This document shows positions 16,910 through 24,993 of a DNA stretch of 36,374 bases, one piece after another. The notes under the pieces were generated by a model. That model ran no database searches. It was not told the DNA's origin and saw nothing but the letters and a program-made list of their open reading frames with translations. Both the position numbers and the translations under genes were made by a program. Each line of letters opens with the position of its first letter. Positions within the stretch are counted from its first letter, which is position 1. The DNA comes from a virus (lineage: Duplodnaviria; Caudoviricetes): IMG/VR virus record IMGVR_UViG_3300032330_000037, positions 1-36,374 of that record; one strand, written 5' to 3'.

Positions 16910-17043
16910 AGCTGTTGGCTGATTTTTTTGCCTTGATTGGGTTGTGCGCAACCATCATTGTGTCGGGGTTTTATTTTGGTTACACCACTTATCAACCCAA
17001 GTGCCGTGAAATAGCGGCCATTCTTACCAAGGAGTGCAAATGA
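16906..17043 (+). CDS. 45-aa membrane peptide
   Basis: MKLLADFFALIGLCATIIVSGFYFGYTTYQPKCREIAAILTKECK; GGAG SD, ATGA overlaps. Confidence 0.65.
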   Translation: MKLLADFFALIGLCATIIVSGFYFGYTTYQPKCREIAAILTKECK

Positions 17044-17198
17044 ACGACGACGATACCGATGCGGGCGGGGACTTCTTCTTTGACTTGCTCAAGACGCTGG
17101 TCGCCCTGTTCTTCTTCATTGTGTTTTTACTTGTAATGGGCGGGCTTGTCATTGCCTTAGCCGACGTTGTAGGAGTGATACGCGCATGGTTTCAGTGA
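17040..17198 (+). CDS. 52-aa membrane peptide
   Basis: MNDDDTDAGGDFFFDLLKTLVALFFFIVFLLVMGGLVIALADVVGVIRAWFQ; AAGGAG SD. Confidence 0.7.
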   Translation: MNDDDTDAGGDFFFDLLKTLVALFFFIVFLLVMGGLVIALADVVGVIRAWFQ

Positions 17199-17395
17199 TT
17201 TACATACCCGTGCTGTTTGCCTGCATCGGCAGCCAGTGCAACTTCATCCAGGGCACTTACTACACCCGCGAATCGGAGTGCCGTGCGGTGGTGGAAGCGC
17301 AAAAGAAAAAACTGCAAGAGATGTCGCTTAAGGCTGGGCAAATGGTTGCCTTGATTGAGGGCACCTGCATCACAGCAAAGGACGGAATGCTATGA
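17186..17395 (+). CDS. 69-aa four-Cys protein with hydrophobic N-terminus
   Basis: AGGAG SD; MVSVIYIPVLFAC....C...C...C. Confidence 0.7.
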   Translation: MVSVIYIPVLFACIGSQCNFIQGTYYTRESECRAVVEAQKKKLQEMSLKAGQMVALIEGTCITAKDGML

Positions 17396-17454
17396 GTGGA
17401 TTTCAATCTAAGCGTAAGCAGGCGCGTGACAAACAAAGAAAGCCTAGTAAATGA
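17392..17454 (+). CDS. 20-aa basic peptide (possible remnant or coupling ORF)
   Basis: MSGFQSKRKQARDKQRKPSK; ATGA overlaps at both ends exactly fill the gap. Confidence 0.45.
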   Translation: MSGFQSKRKQARDKQRKPSK

Positions 17455-17618
17455 TCTGCCCTACTTGCAACGCCTGGACTCGCGTGCTGGAGACTAGGCA
17501 CAAATACAACAACGAAACATATCGCAGATATGAATGCGCTAACGGCCACCGATTTTCAACAATGGAAAGTGTAAAATTTCAAAAGGTTAAAGATGAAAAT
17601 TACCGCCACATTCAATGA
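17451..17618 (+). CDS. NrdR N-terminal-like zinc-ribbon protein (55 aa)
   Basis: MICPTC....RVLETR.......RRYEC.NGHRFSTME resembles the NrdR pattern MxCPxC...VxDSR...RRRxC..C..RFTTxE. Confidence 0.75.
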   Translation: MICPTCNAWTRVLETRHKYNNETYRRYECANGHRFSTMESVKFQKVKDENYRHIQ

Positions 17619-17787
17619 TGAGGAGGAGGCCATTAAGGCTATTCACTCTGGCTACTCCTGGCAAACATTACACGAAATCAATGAAGTGCTACGACAAAAT
17701 AAAAAACACGGCTTGCCTTGTGAGCAAGCCGTGTATCAGATACAAGCATTGGTAAATGATGCACTGGTAATGATTTACCCAGATTAG
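17593..17787 (+). CDS. Hypothetical protein (64 aa)
   Basis: AAGG SD; last plus-strand gene, convergent with the acidic protein gene. Confidence 0.7.
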   Translation: MKITATFNDEEEAIKAIHSGYSWQTLHEINEVLRQNKKHGLPCEQAVYQIQALVNDALVMIYPD

Positions 17788-18053
17788 GCAGCTTCCAATT
17801 CTTCTTCGTCTTCGTCGTACTCTTCCTCGTCGTCGCCCCAATCGGCTTCGTCGTCTTCAACCAGCAGCCACTCGCCGGTATCTTCGTTGAGCCAGTACCA
17901 AGCGTCGTATTCTTCGTCGTACCAGCAGTAGCAATCTGCATCTTCGTCGTACTCGTACTCTTCGCCTTCTTCAAAAAAAGGCACCAACGAATCAAAGTCT
18001 TCGTCGGTTTCTACTTGCGTGTTGCTGTTAATTAAAAAGGTAAATGAAAACAT
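17784..18053 (-). CDS. Hyperacidic aromatic-rich protein (89 aa); DNA-mimic candidate
   Basis: 38 of 89 residues are D/E with no K/R/H; AGGAG SD; 8 nt downstream of the phosphoesterase stop. Confidence 0.8.
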   Translation of the reverse strand: MFSFTFLINSNTQVETDEDFDSLVPFFEEGEEYEYDEDADCYCWYDEEYDAWYWLNEDTGEWLLVEDDEADWGDDEEEYDEDEEELEAA

Positions 18054-18061
18054 AAAAACTC

Positions 18062-19030
18062 CTATACGGTGATGATCTGGCCTCTGAACTCTACCTGATC
18101 GTCAGACCACTTATGGACTAACTCAGGCCACAAAATCCTACCATCCTTGAATGTCAGCACGGCAAAACCGCTGCGGTGATTTAGAGGGTTTCCCTCACCA
18201 TAGTCGAACTGAGCCCCGTATGGCTCCGCCAATGTTCCGGTGTCTACACCATATCTGTTGCCATTGAAATCTGCAAAAGGTGTTACTTTTAAACTATGTA
18301 GATGTCCAGTGACTATAGAAACACCTGCGTTCACGGTATTGTTGTGAGTTGCATGAACACCGTTTTTGTACCTGTGCTTGATACAACAGTTTGGCGTAGG
18401 CCACACCGACCACGCAAAATCCCAAGCTGGTAGATGGTCTTGTAGTTTAAACCCATGAACTTCGCGGTACTGGGGAGCTTGGCTGACTAGCTTGTTGGCG
18501 AACCGGGTGTCGTGATTGCCCCATGTAAACAACAACTTTGCATTGTGTCGGGCGGCTTTAGCGGTCTCCTCAATTTCACCAAGACACGTTTGCACTGCCT
18601 TGAGTTCCTCTATCACGCTAGGTGTATGCGACCAACCCAGAGGTGGGTGGCGGGAAATGGTAGCGCCGTCAAATGCATCGCCGTTAGAAATTACAGCGTG
18701 CGGCTTAAGTTCCTTGATGGCCCATAGCAAGCCACGGTATGCAGTTGTGTATTCGTTAGGCCAGAAATGTGCATCGCTAAAAACAATTATTGTTTGGTCA
18801 AGAGTGCCAAGGTCAATTCTGTTGATTGATGTTTTGATTGGCTGAATTTGTGCGTAAGTTTTAGAATTCTCATGTTCGCTTACCAGTGGCTGGTTGTTAT
18901 CAGCTTCAATTCTTCGCCTGCGTCGATGGACTGCACGTTCGTCCATTTGCAAAAATTTTGCTACTTTTGGCACCGAGCCATAAAGATTCCAAGCCTCAAT
19001 AAATTCAGCGCGAGAAATTCTTGGTTGCAT
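18062..19030 (-). CDS. Calcineurin-like metallophosphoesterase with N-terminal HTH-like segment
   Basis: VFSDAH, NGDAFD, WGNHD, IKH, GHLH motifs; ATG 19030 with GGAG SD. Confidence 0.88.
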   Translation of the reverse strand: MQPRISRAEFIEAWNLYGSVPKVAKFLQMDERAVHRRRRRIEADNNQPLVSEHENSKTYAQIQPIKTSINRIDLGTLDQTIIVFSDAHFWPNEYTTAYRGLLWAIKELKPHAVISNGDAFDGATISRHPPLGWSHTPSVIEELKAVQTCLGEIEETAKAARHNAKLLFTWGNHDTRFANKLVSQAPQYREVHGFKLQDHLPAWDFAWSVWPTPNCCIKHRYKNGVHATHNNTVNAGVSIVTGHLHSLKVTPFADFNGNRYGVDTGTLAEPYGAQFDYGEGNPLNHRSGFAVLTFKDGRILWPELVHKWSDDQVEFRGQIITV

Positions 19031-19071
19031 AAAAACACTCCGCAAAGTTGCGGAACAGTAACATACTGTTA

Positions 19072-19575
19072 TTACGCAACTTTGCTGACTTCATCAACCC
19101 GTGCCAGCCACCCCTTTAGGAATTTCTGCTGGGACGGGTTGCGCTGCGCTAGGTCGGTGTAGAACGCAATCTTTTGGCTGGTGAAGTTTTGCAGCAGCTT
19201 AACAGGGTCGGCTCTGGCGACCATACCCAAAGTGCCCAGGCCGACAACGCCATCATCCACGGCCCCTACGGCCCGTTGGAGAAACTTTGCAGCGCGGGCA
19301 ACCCCAGCGTTTACCGCAAAATCAAAAACGGCGTAGGCGACGCTTGGTGGCAGCCTGTCGCCGCCTACAGCATCCCAATACATGGACTTGTAGAACGGCT
19401 TAACGACATCCGGTGTCAGCGCCTTCATCTCGCCCGGCTTGATGGCGCGACCCATGTACGCGCCCCAAGCGCCGATGGTCACGCCCATGTTGGTTTCACC
19501 GCCACGGTCTGCTGGGTCGTTGACGTAGCCACCCTCGGACTTGAGGACGCGGGCAAAGCATTCATCAAAGGTCAT
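19072..19575 (-). CDS. Endolysin, glycoside hydrolase family 108 with peptidoglycan-binding domain
   Basis: EGGYVNDPADRGGETNMGVT; FDFAVNAG; FLKGWLARV. Confidence 0.93.
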   Translation of the reverse strand: MTFDECFARVLKSEGGYVNDPADRGGETNMGVTIGAWGAYMGRAIKPGEMKALTPDVVKPFYKSMYWDAVGGDRLPPSVAYAVFDFAVNAGVARAAKFLQRAVGAVDDGVVGLGTLGMVARADPVKLLQNFTSQKIAFYTDLAQRNPSQQKFLKGWLARVDEVSKVA

Positions 19576-19979
19576 TTTGCGGCCACGCCTTGAATCTTTT
19601 CAGCGGTACGCATACCACCCAAGCCCAGCATACCCAGCAGCAGAGGCATCATGGTGCCCATGTCCATCTGCGGGAACTTGACGGGATGCCCGTACAGGGC
19701 GCTGCCCCATTCGGCCAGCGGGCCAACGACAAACTGAATGGCAAAGCCTGCGCCGCACACCCAGCCAATTCCTGGCCGCCAGCCAGACACAAACACCGAC
19801 GGATTGGCGGCCTCGGCCTTGTTGATGTCAAGCTGACCGGCAATCACCGCCAGTTCGCCGGACTGCTGCATCTTGAACAGTTCCAGCTTGGCCGCTGCCG
19901 CTTTCTCGGGGTCAGGCCATACGCGGTCAATGACTTTGCCGCCAATGTCAAGCAGCGCGGATAGGGGGTCAAGTGCCAT
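19572..19979 (-). CDS. Holin (GTA 3TM-holin family-like)
   Basis: INKAEA..PSVFVSGWRPGIGWVC...LLGMLGLGGMRTAEKIQG; ATGA-coupled to the endolysin. Confidence 0.85.
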   Translation of the reverse strand: MALDPLSALLDIGGKVIDRVWPDPEKAAAAKLELFKMQQSGELAVIAGQLDINKAEAANPSVFVSGWRPGIGWVCGAGFAIQFVVGPLAEWGSALYGHPVKFPQMDMGTMMPLLLGMLGLGGMRTAEKIQGVAAK

Positions 19980-20208
19980 TGGTGTTTCCCTTGGTGGTGC
20001 GAATGTCAACAATCTTTTCGGCAGTCTTGCCCGCAAAGATGGCGGTAATGACGATAATCATGGCCTGCCCAAGCAGGTCAACGTAAGCGCCGCGTGTTTC
20101 CAGATTGAACACCGACAGCAGCGCGAAGAAGAAGTAGGAGAACAGCAGGAATGCAACCGTCACCGGCTGGATGTTTCGCGCTAACCAGGATTCATTTTGC
20201 TCGTTCAT
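19969..20208 (-). CDS. Two-TM membrane protein in lysis cassette (holin-like)
   Basis: SWLARNIQP then TM, then TM ending IFAGKTAEKI, resembling the C-terminal half of the adjacent holin. Confidence 0.65.
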   Translation of the reverse strand: MNEQNESWLARNIQPVTVAFLLFSYFFFALLSVFNLETRGAYVDLLGQAMIIVITAIFAGKTAEKIVDIRTTKGNTNGT

Positions 20209-20467
20209 ATAGCTGCTCAATCTTTGCTCTGATTTGCATGGTATCCGATGAACCTAAAACCTGCGCCAGATTTGCGTAAATGAGCCCCAACTGCTCTTTA
20301 GTGCAGACTTGACCCGAATTATCCAACCACTCAAGAATTCGATCATGGCGTTCCTTTGGGTCGTTGTTGCTGTACGCAACGCTTACGAATTCGCTGACGC
20401 TGCACTCGCGCTTGGCTGTCGCACCGTAGACCAGCGACAGAATGAATAGCGGAATGAGCCAGCGCAC
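20192..20467 (-). CDS. Small exported protein (signal peptide, 2 Cys)
   Basis: GTG start; MRWLIPLFILSLVYGATA signal-like N-terminus. Confidence 0.65.
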   Translation of the reverse strand: MRWLIPLFILSLVYGATAKRECSVSEFVSVAYSNNDPKERHDRILEWLDNSGQVCTKEQLGLIYANLAQVLGSSDTMQIRAKIEQLYERAK

Positions 20468-20473
20468 ATTGGT

Positions 20474-20971
20474 CTAAGCGGCAACGCCTTTGATTACTGA
20501 AAAATTGATAACAATTGCTTCAGATAACGAACCGCCGCTGATGTTGCGAAGCGTAATTGAAAATGAACCTGCCGCAACTCCATCAACCCATGCCTGATAA
20601 GTGGAGCCTGTAGCAAAGCCACTTGCCAAATTCACAATAACCGTGTCGGTTGCTGCAACAATTGAATTGTTAACCTGGAAACGCACATTGGTCACCGTAG
20701 CCAAAGAAGCATTGTTTGTTGTGATTTGACCTGTTGAAGTGTTTAGCGTTACCGCTGTTGACTTGTTTGTTAACTGAGTAACAGCACCACCGACACCAGT
20801 TGAATAACCCAATGTAGAAGAAGCCACAGAAACCAAAACGCTGCCGCTTGAGGTAAGTGTCTTGTTCGTCAGCGTCTGGGTGTCAGTCGTACCGACTACA
20901 GCACCCGCAGGATTGCCAACGCCGCCAGCAGGGAATGTGACCCCGGATGTTCCGCTAATTGTGGTTGCCAT
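20474..20971 (-). CDS. Short fibre/receptor-binding-type protein
   Basis: VGTTDTQTLTNKTL fibre motif and C-terminal GGAVTQ...VINFSVIKG domain. Confidence 0.7.
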   Translation of the reverse strand: MATTISGTSGVTFPAGGVGNPAGAVVGTTDTQTLTNKTLTSSGSVLVSVASSTLGYSTGVGGAVTQLTNKSTAVTLNTSTGQITTNNASLATVTNVRFQVNNSIVAATDTVIVNLASGFATGSTYQAWVDGVAAGSFSITLRNISGGSLSEAIVINFSVIKGVAA

Positions 20972-20973
20972 GA

Positions 20974-21729
20974 TTATGAAACCCTTACGATAGTGAATTG
21001 AGCAGCGGGTGTGGACAATGATGCTGAAACAGCGCCTTGCGCTCTGACAATTGAAGTAGCGGGCAAATACCCTGTCCAACTAGTTGAAACTGTATTATTC
21101 CCCCCAGAAGAATATCCAATTGCTAAAACTTCTGATACGTTAGTCAAAGACGAAATTGCTGTAGATAGTTGTGTGCTATTCAAGGTAATACCTTGATAAG
21201 TGCCTACAGAACCAGCGCCAGAAAACGAAGCTGAATAAATGCCTGATGTGTTAATCGTAAAGCTGCCACCTAACGTTGCGCTGTCGGCGTAGGTAATGTC
21301 CGAACCTTGATTTGTTACCGTGGTCAAAAACCTGTGAATGGCGGTATTTGTGGAGCCTTGCCCGTTGCCAGTGTTCAGCCGCACCATGCTGTAGAAAGGC
21401 ACAGTCACCGTAGGATACCAAGTGGTGTTTGCCAAGCGGTAGACATAGGTCACACCCGATTTAGGCGACATTGACGTTACTGCACCCACAATGCTTGCGC
21501 CGTTGCCAGACATCGTAAGCGCCGTAATCTGCTGGCTGCTGCTGAACGTGATGGTCATGCCATCCGAAGGCGAGGCAGGCATTGTGATAGTGCCCGTAGC
21601 CAGCGTGGCAGCGGGGTTCATCACCAAAACCTGAGTGCCAGCAGCGAACGTGTAGCTAAAGCCCGTGCTTGGGGCTTGGTAGTCGTAGGACTGAAGCAGC
21701 CCGTTTGTGCCTGAAATTACAGCGGTCAT
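20974..21729 (-). CDS. Short fibre protein with C1q/TNF-like C-terminal domain
   Basis: Thr/Ser/Gly-rich, 251 aa; GSFTINTSGIYSASF resembles the C1q-like F....G.Y.F motif. Confidence 0.6.
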   Translation of the reverse strand: MTAVISGTNGLLQSYDYQAPSTGFSYTFAAGTQVLVMNPAATLATGTITMPASPSDGMTITFSSSQQITALTMSGNGASIVGAVTSMSPKSGVTYVYRLANTTWYPTVTVPFYSMVRLNTGNGQGSTNTAIHRFLTTVTNQGSDITYADSATLGGSFTINTSGIYSASFSGAGSVGTYQGITLNSTQLSTAISSLTNVSEVLAIGYSSGGNNTVSTSWTGYLPATSIVRAQGAVSASLSTPAAQFTIVRVS

Positions 21730-22205
21730 GCTGTCACCCCTTTAATCACCGAGAAGTTAATCACCGGCGCGTCGGTTGCAATCCCGCCTGTGGTGTAGAA
21801 AGTGATGTTGAAGCTGCCTGCCGCCACTGCGGTCACCAGCAAAACATACAGATTGGTGCCTGATTTTTGATTAACAATAATGTTATCGGTAGCCGCCACC
21901 TGAGAATTCGTAACGGTAAATGTGGCCGCCACTGCTGATCCCGCTGCCGAAAACATGGTGATTGCGCCAGTGGGCTTGTTTAAGGTCACGCCGGTGGTGC
22001 GTGAAGTGGCTTGCGTTACAGCACCGCCAGCACCAGTAGCGTAACCAGTTGCGCCAGTAGGAGAAATAACAAGAGCGCCTGCATCAGTTAATGCTGTGCC
22101 GGTGGCCGTAGGTAGTGTCAGCGTGTAGCTGCTGCCACTGTTAGGCGACGCTACGGTGAAAACACCAACCCCCGCTGCGTTGCCTTGGATTGCGACTGAA
22201 CTCAT
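21726..22205 (-). CDS. Short fibre/receptor-binding-type protein
   Basis: N-term MSSVAIQGNAAG.G.FT..SP....YTLTLP; C-terminal GGAVTQ...VINFSVIKG domain. Confidence 0.7.
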   Translation of the reverse strand: MSSVAIQGNAAGVGVFTVASPNSGSSYTLTLPTATGTALTDAGALVISPTGATGYATGAGGAVTQATSRTTGVTLNKPTGAITMFSAAGSAVAATFTVTNSQVAATDNIIVNQKSGTNLYVLLVTAVAAGSFNITFYTTGGIATDAPVINFSVIKGVTA

Positions 22206-22214
22206 GGGTTCTCC

Positions 22215-22889
22215 TTAAACAATAGACCAAGTGGAGCCGTCAGGCACGGTCACGGTGATGCCGGTGGCTACAGTCACAGGCCCAAATGTGCCTGCGTTGT
22301 TGCCGCTAGTAATGCTGTAATCCACGGTGACTGTCTGGCCGTTCTCAATAAAGATTTGGTCAGCACCGCCGCCTGTTGCACCGCCGCCCAGGGCACCCCA
22401 GGCAGATGCTCCGTAGCCCTCAAACTTAGCCGTCGTGGAATTGTAGCGAACCATGCCTGTAACGGCTGTGGGACGCTGCGCGGTAGAACCTACGTTCAGC
22501 TTGCTGGCACCTGTGCCCGTCAGCGTCATGCTGGTGGCCGACAGCGTAGTGAACGCACCAGTGTTAGGCGTGGTGCTGCCGATGGGCGGTGGAGATGCAA
22601 AGCTGCTCAGGTCAGCGGGCACCGTGATGTTGTCCACCGTGTACAGCAGAACGTCGGTGGCATCTTTGACCACAAACTTGTAGCTGTAGGTGCTGAGTAG
22701 CCAAATGTTTGCTTGGCCGTAAGAATCCAAGATGATGGGGTTGGTGTTAGCCGTACCCGCACCGAAATCCGTGTAGGTTGCAATCGGCGTGGACGTGCCC
22801 GCAGCGTAGGTGTAAATCTTCCCGCCGACCAGCGGAGCGCCGTCAGTGCCAAAGATTTGCTGCTTGGGGGATGGGGTAAGTTGTGCCAT
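22215..22889 (-). CDS. Tailspike head-binding-type adaptor/fibre protein
   Basis: N-term GAPLVGGKIYTYAAGTSTP...NTNPIILDSYG resembles podoviral tailspike anchoring domains; C-term GPVTVATGITVTVPDGSTWSIV knob. Confidence 0.72.
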   Translation of the reverse strand: MAQLTPSPKQQIFGTDGAPLVGGKIYTYAAGTSTPIATYTDFGAGTANTNPIILDSYGQANIWLLSTYSYKFVVKDATDVLLYTVDNITVPADLSSFASPPPIGSTTPNTGAFTTLSATSMTLTGTGASKLNVGSTAQRPTAVTGMVRYNSTTAKFEGYGASAWGALGGGATGGGADQIFIENGQTVTVDYSITSGNNAGTFGPVTVATGITVTVPDGSTWSIV

Positions 22890-22891
22890 CG

Positions 22892-23113
22892 TTAGCCCTT
22901 GTCTTGTTTGTTGTCCAGCCGGTCAAAAATCTTACTCAGCAAATCCTTGACTTCTCTCATGTCATCGCGGTAGTCCTGCCGCGCAACGTAGAACAGCGGT
23001 AGTTTACTCAGGTCTGACTTCAGTTCTTGCACCGCAGACCACAGTTCGCGGGCGAACCATCCGGCAACAGCTAGGGCCGCGCCAAACATGATGTTGATTA
23101 GTTGCTGATCCAT
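22892..23113 (-). CDS. Single-TM plus coiled-coil protein (73 aa)
   Basis: Hydrophobic residues 5-20, then an amphipathic helix. Confidence 0.7.
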   Translation of the reverse strand: MDQQLINIMFGAALAVAGWFARELWSAVQELKSDLSKLPLFYVARQDYRDDMREVKDLLSKIFDRLDNKQDKG

Positions 23114-24993
23114 TATCGCCCCGCTTGTAACGCTTGTTGGAATCGTGGGTCAAGAGCCGCATTAGCACGCAAGAATTCCTCAAATGCGCTTTGCTGCTGG
23201 TTGGCTAGTTGGTTGGCTGCAAGTGTGCCGGTTTTAATGCCTTGGTTGGCGCGTAATTGGTTAGCTACCGCCGCCGCACCGGCTGGCCTAGCGGTCAGCG
23301 CAGCAGCCGCCAAGCGTTGGCCTGGTGCTGAATACAGCGCAGGGCCAGCAAGCAATCCAGCGGCAATTGCTGGGTAACCAGCAGCGCCTGCGCTGCCAGA
23401 TGCAATCAATGCCGCCAATGACCGATAAGGTGTGCCAGAGTCAGGCAGCTTGTTGCCCAAGACAGTTTTCCCTGTTTCAGACAAATCCTGCATTAGTGCT
23501 TGGCCGGTAGCAAATTGCGATTTGTCTTTGCTGCGATCCATAGCCCGCACCGCGCTTTGCAATTGCGCTGGCGAGAAAATACCTTCTTCTGCACCCGTTA
23601 TTCCAGACGCTCGTTGCACTCGCTTGAAGTTTGCATACCCAGTGTCAATTGCTCTTAATTCCGCAGCATTTTGCGGGTTAGACCTAATCACCAATTGACG
23701 GAATTGGTCTTGCACTTCTTGAAGTGCTTGACCCATTAGTCGCTGATCAGCATCAGTTGACGCACTAAGCAAATTTATGCGTTCGCGCAAGTCACTCTGA
23801 ATTTGTTTTAGCGTTTGTCCCGTAATTGCTTGTTGGCCTTGGAATTTGTTGACCACATTGGTATCTAGAAATCGGTCAAATGCTCTTACTGCATTAGGAT
23901 CAATTGCGCCTTGTTGAACCATTTGACGAAGATTGCCAATTTCAGCGCCAAATACAGGGTCTGCTTGCACCGTCATCCTTGGCAACAAATTTCCATATGC
24001 ATCGTCCAATCTGTCAGATACAAATTGCACTGCTTCGCGGCCAGTAGTGCCTTGGGGTAATGTTTGTCCAATTGGCCTTAGTGCCCTATTAAATGCTGCA
24101 GTGTTTAACTGCTCAACTGCTCGAGTCTGAGCGCCTTTAATAAAATCCCCAAGTCCCAAAACGCTAGTCAATCCTTCTTCAAATCGTTTAGCCCCACCGC
24201 CAAGGATTTGTCCTGTAGTAGGCGTTACGCCTTCAGCCATAAGCGCCCTAACGTTAGGGTCAACCATTGGGCTAACAACTGCCGCAGCAGGACGGGTAAG
24301 CATATTGATTGGATTAGTGAGTTCGCCGCCCCGAATCAAAGCATTGGCTACAGGCAATGTTGCGCGAGAAATTTGTCCAGCAATTGGTGCTCCTCTAGTT
24401 CCGGCTGTTGCGCCTAAACCTAAAGCGGTAGTGCCTCGCAATAATGCACCGCCACCGCCTAGCACCGTGGATACATCACCCACAACGCGAAACGGATCCT
24501 GCTCCATCATTTGCTGAAAGCCTGCGCCTGTGCCGTAAGTTTTGGCGTAATCTTGACCTACTACATTTGCGGTTTGAATGGCACGTTTTTGCGCTTCTGG
24601 GTTAAACTCAATTGCATTAAGTCCTTTTTGTATTGGTTCTGGCAAAGCGTTGTACACACCTCCCGCCACAATGTCGCCAATGCCTTGCGCGGTCTGCAAT
24701 GGGCTTGATACGGCATCCACTAAGCCGCCAACCGTGTTGCGGTACAGACTGGGAAAAAAATTAGCACCCGTTGCAAAAGGGTTGTAACCTGCGGGTTGCT
24801 CTGCTTTTGCCACTGGTGCTGCCATTGGTGTGGCGCCAGCGCGGGCTGCTGGCATACCCTCACCGGCTGGTGCTGATGCTGGGAATAATTCCTTGGCTTT
24901 TGCAATTACTTGCTCGTCGGTTGCGCCTGCTGGCCCTTCAATTTCACGAATAGCACCGCTAGGGTCGCGCACCTTGTAAATTTGAGTTGCCAT
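23113..24993 (-). CDS. DNA ejection (internal virion) protein
   Basis: 626 aa Ala/Gly/Gln-rich helical protein; third of three genes in the P22 gp7/gp20/gp16 position; TAATG coupling. Confidence 0.68.
   Translation of the reverse strand: MATQIYKVRDPSGAIREIEGPAGATDEQVIAKAKELFPASAPAGEGMPAARAGATPMAAPVAKAEQPAGYNPFATGANFFPSLYRNTVGGLVDAVSSPLQTAQGIGDIVAGGVYNALPEPIQKGLNAIEFNPEAQKRAIQTANVVGQDYAKTYGTGAGFQQMMEQDPFRVVGDVSTVLGGGGALLRGTTALGLGATAGTRGAPIAGQISRATLPVANALIRGGELTNPINMLTRPAAAVVSPMVDPNVRALMAEGVTPTTGQILGGGAKRFEEGLTSVLGLGDFIKGAQTRAVEQLNTAAFNRALRPIGQTLPQGTTGREAVQFVSDRLDDAYGNLLPRMTVQADPVFGAEIGNLRQMVQQGAIDPNAVRAFDRFLDTNVVNKFQGQQAITGQTLKQIQSDLRERINLLSASTDADQRLMGQALQEVQDQFRQLVIRSNPQNAAELRAIDTGYANFKRVQRASGITGAEEGIFSPAQLQSAVRAMDRSKDKSQFATGQALMQDLSETGKTVLGNKLPDSGTPYRSLAALIASGSAGAAGYPAIAAGLLAGPALYSAPGQRLAAAALTARPAGAAAVANQLRANQGIKTGTLAANQLANQQQSAFEEFLRANAALDPRFQQALQAGR

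Noticed and set aside
16195-16995. Minus-strand ORFs (117, 116, 90 aa) in the plus-strand cluster
   Set aside because: The plus strand has SD motifs and a continuous ATGA-coupled chain, so these are antisense shadows.
20474-22205. Paralogous fibre domains as diversity-generating retroelement TR/VR
   Set aside because: No reverse transcriptase gene is seen, and similarity is evident at protein level rather than as near-identical DNA differing at adenines.
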